Below the pieces are notes generated by a model. The model saw only the letters and a program-made list of their open reading frames with translations. It was not told the origin of the DNA and did not search any database. Made by a program: the position numbers and the translations under genes. 64,000 nt of DNA from Vicugna vicugna (taxonomy: Eukaryota): NCBI GenBank assembly GCA_013265495.1, contig MU061578.1:2303308-2367307 (forward strand), in the 5' to 3' direction. This document shows positions 63,991-64,000 of the stretch, piece after piece (the stretch's first letter is position 1; every line of letters starts with the position of its first letter).

Positions 63991-64000
63991 GTCCTTCCCA

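Overview
This is mammalian (eutherian) non-coding DNA, intergenic or deep intronic. I recognise no protein-coding gene, RNA gene, CRISPR array or operon-like system; the ORF-track entries are short and mostly fall in repeats. A large part of the window is old transposable-element debris: MIR and L2 everywhere, several L1M fragments, MaLR/ERVL LTRs and hAT/Tigger MITEs. There is also one younger ERV1 (MER41-like) solo LTR and two short young L1 3' ends. The form of the young L1 ends, and the absence of Alu, B1/B2, Bov-A/BovB, PRE-1 or SINEC copies, suggest a camelid. Between the repeats lie several repeat-free, motif-dense islands that look like developmental enhancers, best at about 55.05-55.8 kb. 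The most certain structural observation is an apparently identical 2065-bp duplication around a 252-N gap, very probably an assembly artefact. Other notable items are a twin-priming L1 inversion, a MER82-like transposon carrying a MIR and an inverted piece, an unexplained 20-bp dispersed repeat and two candidate non-coding exons. Repeat names come from my memory of consensus sequences, boundaries are approximate, and conservation cannot be assessed without alignments. I found no evidence of a new biological system.
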